From contig OX442314.1 in assembly GCA_949358305.1 (NCBI GenBank), forward strand, positions 30,690,001-30,754,000: a stretch of DNA of 64,000 nt. Reading direction: 5' to 3'. Positions 58,860 through 64,000 of the stretch are shown here, one piece after another (the first letter of the stretch is position 1; each line of letters begins with the position of its first letter). This DNA is from Strigamia acuminata (taxonomy: Eukaryota). The translations under genes were made by a program, and so were the position numbers. The notes under the pieces are model-generated. The model saw only the letters and a list, made by a program, of their open reading frames with translations. It ran no database searches and was not told the DNA's origin.

Positions 58860-59570
58860 CTATTCCTTCTTTTCGACGTCAGTCGAATCTTTCTCTTCCT
58901 TCTTCTCGACTTCAGCAGAAGTCAGAAAATCCGACTCTTCAGTCGCCTCTGTCGAGACGGCGGAAAACACAGCTTCCTCCGGCGCTTCAATCTCTTCCGG
59001 ACTCGGAGGCGGAAACGGCATGTCGTCGAGAAGCTCAGCCACGAAATCAACGACAGAAAGTAGCTCTTCGGCGTCCTCAAACTGAGCGTCGTCCGAAGTC
59101 TCAGACTTAGACGCTGGAGGGGCGCTAGACACGTCGGTTACTGCCGCTGGAGGATCCTCCACGGGTTTAGACTACGCTTCTACAGCCTGTTGAAGCTTAC
59201 GAGCTCGCCCTCGTGCCAAGATGTTGGTTCGTTGAACTTTGGCAATTTCTCTCGCTCGGTCGAGCGTCAGACAGCCTCGTCCACGCGACATCGTTCTCGG
59301 TCGAACGATTTCTTCTACGACCTCGTTTCCAACGCTGTCGGCGGCCTGGACAGTTTCAGTAGAAACTTCAGAGTCCTCGGACGGCGGCGGTGACTGTCGA
59401 AGGAGTTCGACTCTTACGCCGGCGTTGGCTTCAGCACGGGTCCAGGTGAGGAAGCGCGGGTCGATGTACACAGCCTCGCCGCGGCTGTTTAGAAACAATC
59501 GGCACTTGGGGCAGTGAGCCCAACATCGCTTCTCGTTAGGCTTAATGCCTTTAACTACGTGGGGCTCTAG
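58860..59570 (-). pseudogene. Remnant of an extra 3' ORF of the Gypsy element: CxxHCPKC motif, then basic and acidic low-complexity regions
   Basis: ORFs 59172-59498 and 58860-59162 share one frame, separated by a single TAG; frame is open up to the deletion junction. Confidence 0.6.
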
Positions 59571-60994
59571 AAATGTTTGAGATGATCATCCCAATTATCT
59601 GAATACACAATTACGTCATCCAAATAAACTAACGCGTAGTCTTGCAAAGCTGAGCCTAAAATGCCTTCCATCAGACGCTGGAAAGTACAAGGCGCATTGC
59701 AAAGGCCGAACGGCATTCGCACGAATTGATAAGGGCCGTTTGGCGTATAAAACGCCGTATTTGGACGATCTTCCTCACACATTGCGACTTGGTAGTAACC
59801 TTTAACAAGGTCAATAGACGTAAAATACTTTGCCGGACCAGTATTATGCAACAAAAGGTCAATACTTGGCATTTGTATTACTTTGACTTCAGTGATGGCA
59901 TTCAGCCACCGGTAGTCAATGCACATCCTATACGAGCCGTCAGGCTTCGCAACAATGACGGGATGATTTATGAAGGGCCCTTTGGCCTTTTCAATGAGTC
60001 CATCCTGTTCCAATTCTGCAGCTAGTTTGGTCATAATGGCTCTCTTGGCCGGGTTATACATTCTATACTGCATTTTGGGCAATGAATGCCCTTCTTTAAA
60101 CTTAATACGATGTTGGGTCACGTTAGTGCACCCAACTTGATCACGAAATACATTCGGTATCGAGTTAACCACTTCGCGAAGTGCTAGTCTTTGTTCCGGA
60201 GTGCAGTCGCTCTCCTCAACTAATTTTTCATCCCAAGTCAACACAGGAGTGTCTGTTAACTCAATTGAGTTGAGAGTGGACGACAGTCCTAAATAATCGA
60301 ATGTAATTCGATTTAACGGGGCGAGGGCCAAATTGGCTTCTTCCGATTCATAAGGAGCGGACCAATTAGGTTTATCTGCACAAGAGAACTCTTGTAAATG
60401 TGGATGCGGACTAATTTTCTGTCTGCGCATGAAATTGTGACCAAGTATCAAGCCACAAACTCGTTTTGCTAAAACGATGAAATTCATTGGTGTAAATTCA
60501 TCAGCCCATTGCACGCACAAAGTTATTTGTCCGACAGGCTTGTGTGCTACGCCTACAGCGTTAACCAACATATTTCTGGGGGCCTCTTGCAAAAATTCTG
60601 GCAAAGCCTGAGTTTCAGACAAGAGTTGTTCCCCAATGTAACATTGAGATGCTCCTGTATCCATGAGCGCATTGTAGGTGAGTCCACCAATTGTGATCTT
60701 CATTCGAGGATCATCTTTATTATTACCTAAAGTAATATTGTGCAAATTGTTACCACCTATGACTCGATTGAGTCGGCAAAGTCTACAGAATTTCTTCGTG
60801 TAGCACTTGTGTGGAAACAATGTCAGATTTTTAAATTGCTCTGTCATTTTTTGCAGATTTTCCTCTACTCCGCCACTATGACTAGTGGCTATGTCTAGAC
60901 AAACAGTGTCTACATCCATAAATAAAGTCTCCGATGTAGCATTAGCTACTTCTGGGGGATGGAATAAACCTTCGTCCCCCGGATCTAGTTTTTT
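59567..60994 (-). pseudogene. pol: Truncated Gypsy pol (protease and partial RT)
   Basis: ALMDTGAS and YLDD, then stop at the deletion junction. Confidence 0.88.
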
Positions 60995-63174
60995 GAACTA
61001 GTCGCACTTGAATCAGCAGATTCGGGCTTGATCAAAGTCTTGACCATTTCTGCCAACGAGTTAGTCAGCGAAGTTTGTAACTTATTTTCAAAAGTATTAA
61101 GTTTTGCATCAAGTTTAGCATCTAGTGTTGCATCCAACACTTCTTGAGTTATCCATCTGTTATTAGAACGTTTAGAAGTAGGATCCACAGTCGGGGAATC
61201 CGGGGTACTTCGTTTTTGCAACTCTTCAGAGTTGAAATTTGCACGTGGTTTTAAATCTGGACATTCTCGACGCATGTGTCCTGGTTTCTTACAGTGGTAA
61301 CAAACTAATTGACCACGTCTGGTCTGATCTACTACTCCATTTATTAAATAAACGGCCTCGCACTCCTCAGGTAACTCTTCCTCACAAATATTAAGTTGTT
61401 CTTGTGAATCCAAAGTTAAAGATTTAGCATTTGTCTTCGACTGAGGACGTGTGTCAGTTTTCCGAGGTGGAAAAACAATTGGATTGGAAATATTTTCCCT
61501 TGCTCCATTAGCTGTACGACTGTACAAGCCTTTATTTTTCGTTATAACGGTATAAATCTCTGTCAGAGGTAAATCCGCTATGCCTTGCGTATGCAAAAGC
61601 AAATCATTAGCAGGAGTTACACTCCCGATAAAAAGACATCCAGCCCCTTTTGCATCAAGACTGTCTTGTAATATCCATAACTGGTAATATTTGTGCATAA
61701 AGTCGTAAAGACTTTCTGTTTCCAGTTGTTTCAACTTAGTTAGTTGGTTCGTCCGCTCTTGTCGCGTGGCTACAAACCGCTCTTTGAACGCCTGTTCAAA
61801 TACTTCCCAAGATATGAAATCTTCTCTCCTTTCATGAAACCAACCATGCGCTTGCTCGGTTAGATAACCGGCTACACCTTTAACAAGCATGTCATCGAGT
61901 GACATGTTTCGCAGGAAAGCGACATTTTTTACAATGTTGAGAAAGCGTTCGCTTTCTTCTGCTTTTCCGGAGAATACGGGAATGTCTGGGGGCTTCAAAC
62001 AGTTAGTTTGAGGGACAGTGGCGGAACTTTTCCCTGCCTGCATCAACTTGTGCATGGTCGTGGCAATGGACGCGAGGTCATCAGCCGTCATTCCAAAGCT
62101 ACTGGGGGGGCGCGAGTTGTCATTTGACGACCCGCCATTGTTTGGTTGACTCGAGTTATTTTGACTTGAGCTACCACTATTGGGGTTGAAATTATTCGAC
62201 CCTCCTTGATTTGACCTACCGTGGTTACCAAAGTTCGAATAGTTATTCGAATTGCCTTGGTTCCCATAATTCGAATGATTATTAGAATTACCCTGATTGT
62301 CAAAATTCGGACGATAGTTCGAATTACCTGGCGTGCCCCGATTCAAATAGTTATTTGAATTTCCTGGAGTTCCAGTAGAAGGATTATTTAAATCGTTCGG
62401 ATTAATTGGGTTATTCGAGTTCGGAGGAACTGAGTGACCCTTTTGCAAGTTAGGTGCGGGACTAGAATTGTTTGCAAATCTAGAATTTGGATCAAAACGG
62501 TAGTTTGGACCTCTAGTCACATTTAAATTTGGATTCAAATTTCCAGCGAGATTCGGACAACTATTTGATCCGTTTGGGAAACTTGGATTGGGATTGGCCA
62601 TATTCGGCGGACCCATATTCGCTCTGTTGAACGTTTTTTCGAAGTTTCCGGGATTAGTAAATCCCCTTTGTTGGTTGCGAGTGAAGTTATTCGCTCGTAA
62701 TCGTTGTTGGAAAGCACGATTAAAATCTCCTGGTGTCAAATTCGACTGATCTTGACGAGGAGGTTGTGCAGTTTTATTTCTATATCTAGAAATAGGCGTC
62801 GAAGGAGTGGGACTAAAATTATTTAATCTTTGGCTGGCTGGGGAATTAGGTTGCTCCGACGTAGTACGACGCGTGTGTACAAAATCTAATACTTCGGTCA
62901 AAGATCTAAATTGGTTTGGGTTCAAACCGTGATCCTGACAAAATAATAGACCGCCTCGGCCTAAATGAGAACCTTCAGGAATGCATTCCTCTTCTCCAGG
63001 CGGAGTAGGTTCACGTGGAGCCCTATTCTCTCCAGATGGTCCGGCTGTTTCATTTGAAACGCCATTATGGACCGCGTGGTTTTCCACTTCTTCAGTTCCA
63101 TTAGGAACAGGTATAAACCCGGATAGATTCATTCCACCGGTCAAACAAGTTCTTTCCTTACCACGGGTGTTCAT
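60985..63174 (-). CDS. gag: Gypsy gag, copy 2 (probable start MNTRGK at 63174)
   Basis: CYHCKKPGHMRREC; collinear with copy 1. Confidence 0.87.
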   Translation of the reverse strand: MNTRGKERTCLTGGMNLSGFIPVPNGTEEVENHAVHNGVSNETAGPSGENRAPREPTPPGEEECIPEGSHLGRGGLLFCQDHGLNPNQFRSLTEVLDFVHTRRTTSEQPNSPASQRLNNFSPTPSTPISRYRNKTAQPPRQDQSNLTPGDFNRAFQQRLRANNFTRNQQRGFTNPGNFEKTFNRANMGPPNMANPNPSFPNGSNSCPNLAGNLNPNLNVTRGPNYRFDPNSRFANNSSPAPNLQKGHSVPPNSNNPINPNDLNNPSTGTPGNSNNYLNRGTPGNSNYRPNFDNQGNSNNHSNYGNQGNSNNYSNFGNHGRSNQGGSNNFNPNSGSSSQNNSSQPNNGGSSNDNSRPPSSFGMTADDLASIATTMHKLMQAGKSSATVPQTNCLKPPDIPVFSGKAEESERFLNIVKNVAFLRNMSLDDMLVKGVAGYLTEQAHGWFHERREDFISWEVFEQAFKERFVATRQERTNQLTKLKQLETESLYDFMHKYYQLWILQDSLDAKGAGCLFIGSVTPANDLLLHTQGIADLPLTEIYTVITKNKGLYSRTANGARENISNPIVFPPRKTDTRPQSKTNAKSLTLDSQEQLNICEEELPEECEAVYLINGVVDQTRRGQLVCYHCKKPGHMRRECPDLKPRANFNSEELQKRSTPDSPTVDPTSKRSNNRWITQEVLDATLDAKLDAKLNTFENKLQTSLTNSLAEMVKTLIKPESADSSATSSKN

Positions 63175-64000
63175 GTGATGCTGGTTATTAGTCATAACTA
63201 AACTTAAAACCAAGAAAATTTCCTAAGTCTGAGAGATAACGATGAAGTTGCAAACGTTCAGGAGGATCGCAAACGAAGCAGTGGTCACACTAGTTCGAAT
63301 GGAAGTATGGGTTGTTGTGACCCGACTGGACCGGGGTCAACGAAGAGTTTCTCTCGTGACCTCGTTTCGGGTGTAAGGGGAGCCGCAAGCGCGTCTCCCT
63401 TCCCTCAGTGCATTGACATCTAGTCAATGGACAGGCGTCTGCCCTGAGGGAGTGGGGATGGCTCGTCCACCCCACCATTGGGTGATTCCGGTCACCTGTC
63501 AACCCCGCTTTGTGCAAAGGAATGTGCCTTGCACTGAGCGGGCAGAACCAACACAACCATCAAACGAGAAACACACGTAAAACCCGTCGTCCTACAAGAT
63601 CAGGCCCAAGTAAATATACTGGGATTGACCAAGGACAAAGGACAATTTACCGTGAGTACGTTTGGTCAGTGTCAAACTCCGCAGAGTAACCTGCGAGATA
63701 AGATTACCACACTATTTTAGCACACCAGCTAGAAATAGTAAAAACCACTCCAGTTTAGCGAGTTGTGCAGACAAACGGTCGCACAAGCCTAAACTGCAGT
63801 AAAACCACGACGAGCGTTCCCGCCGCTGTGTGACCGCCGGGAGCCAGAAGAGTCCGCCGCTGTGTGATCGCCGGACACCACACAAAAACCTAGACAACAG
63901 ACCGAAGTAAGCCTTTTAACTAAGCATTCACTCGCGCCCGACCAGCGTGAGCCCGAAGGACCAGCCAGAGACGAGCCGAGGACGCCATATTGCCACGCCG

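Larger units (their letters stand above)
56359..64000 (-). mobile_element. Ty3/Gypsy copy 2, internally deleted (3' LTR 56359-58111; 5' end beyond the window)
   Basis: PPT-like CCGGGGGATG before the LTR; gag and PR/RT nearly collinear with copy 1; RT breaks near 59572. Confidence 0.92.

Overview
AT-rich animal (probably arthropod-like invertebrate) genomic DNA, not prokaryotic. (1) A tandem family of 8 plus-strand secreted low-complexity protein genes spans <1-42037. The seven whose 5' ends are visible all use a 6-nt coding first exon (ATG AAY), a 52-67-nt GT-AG intron and one large second exon with a signal peptide; the ORF track misses this structure. Members include a ~2253-aa (GGGS/F/H)n protein, short Gly/Tyr-rich proteins with basic tails, an RGG/KGG protein with acidic flanks, an Asp/Ser/Glu-rich modular protein and one frameshifted pseudogene. 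(2) A young BEL/Pao LTR retrotransposon with apparently identical LTRs is nested in a related solo LTR. (3) Two defective copies of one Ty3/Gypsy family have 1.75-kb LTRs, a -1 frameshift signal, a duplicated structured-RNA-like domain in the LTR and an extra 3' ORF. (4) Three intronless BTB-BACK adaptor genes (one pseudogene) differ mostly in their C-terminal halves. (5) Many nested MITEs (Tc1/mariner, pogo, hAT, piggyBac, Helentron/HINE) plus C2H2 zinc-finger, hAT transposase and tRNA-Ser remnants. All alignments were done by eye.
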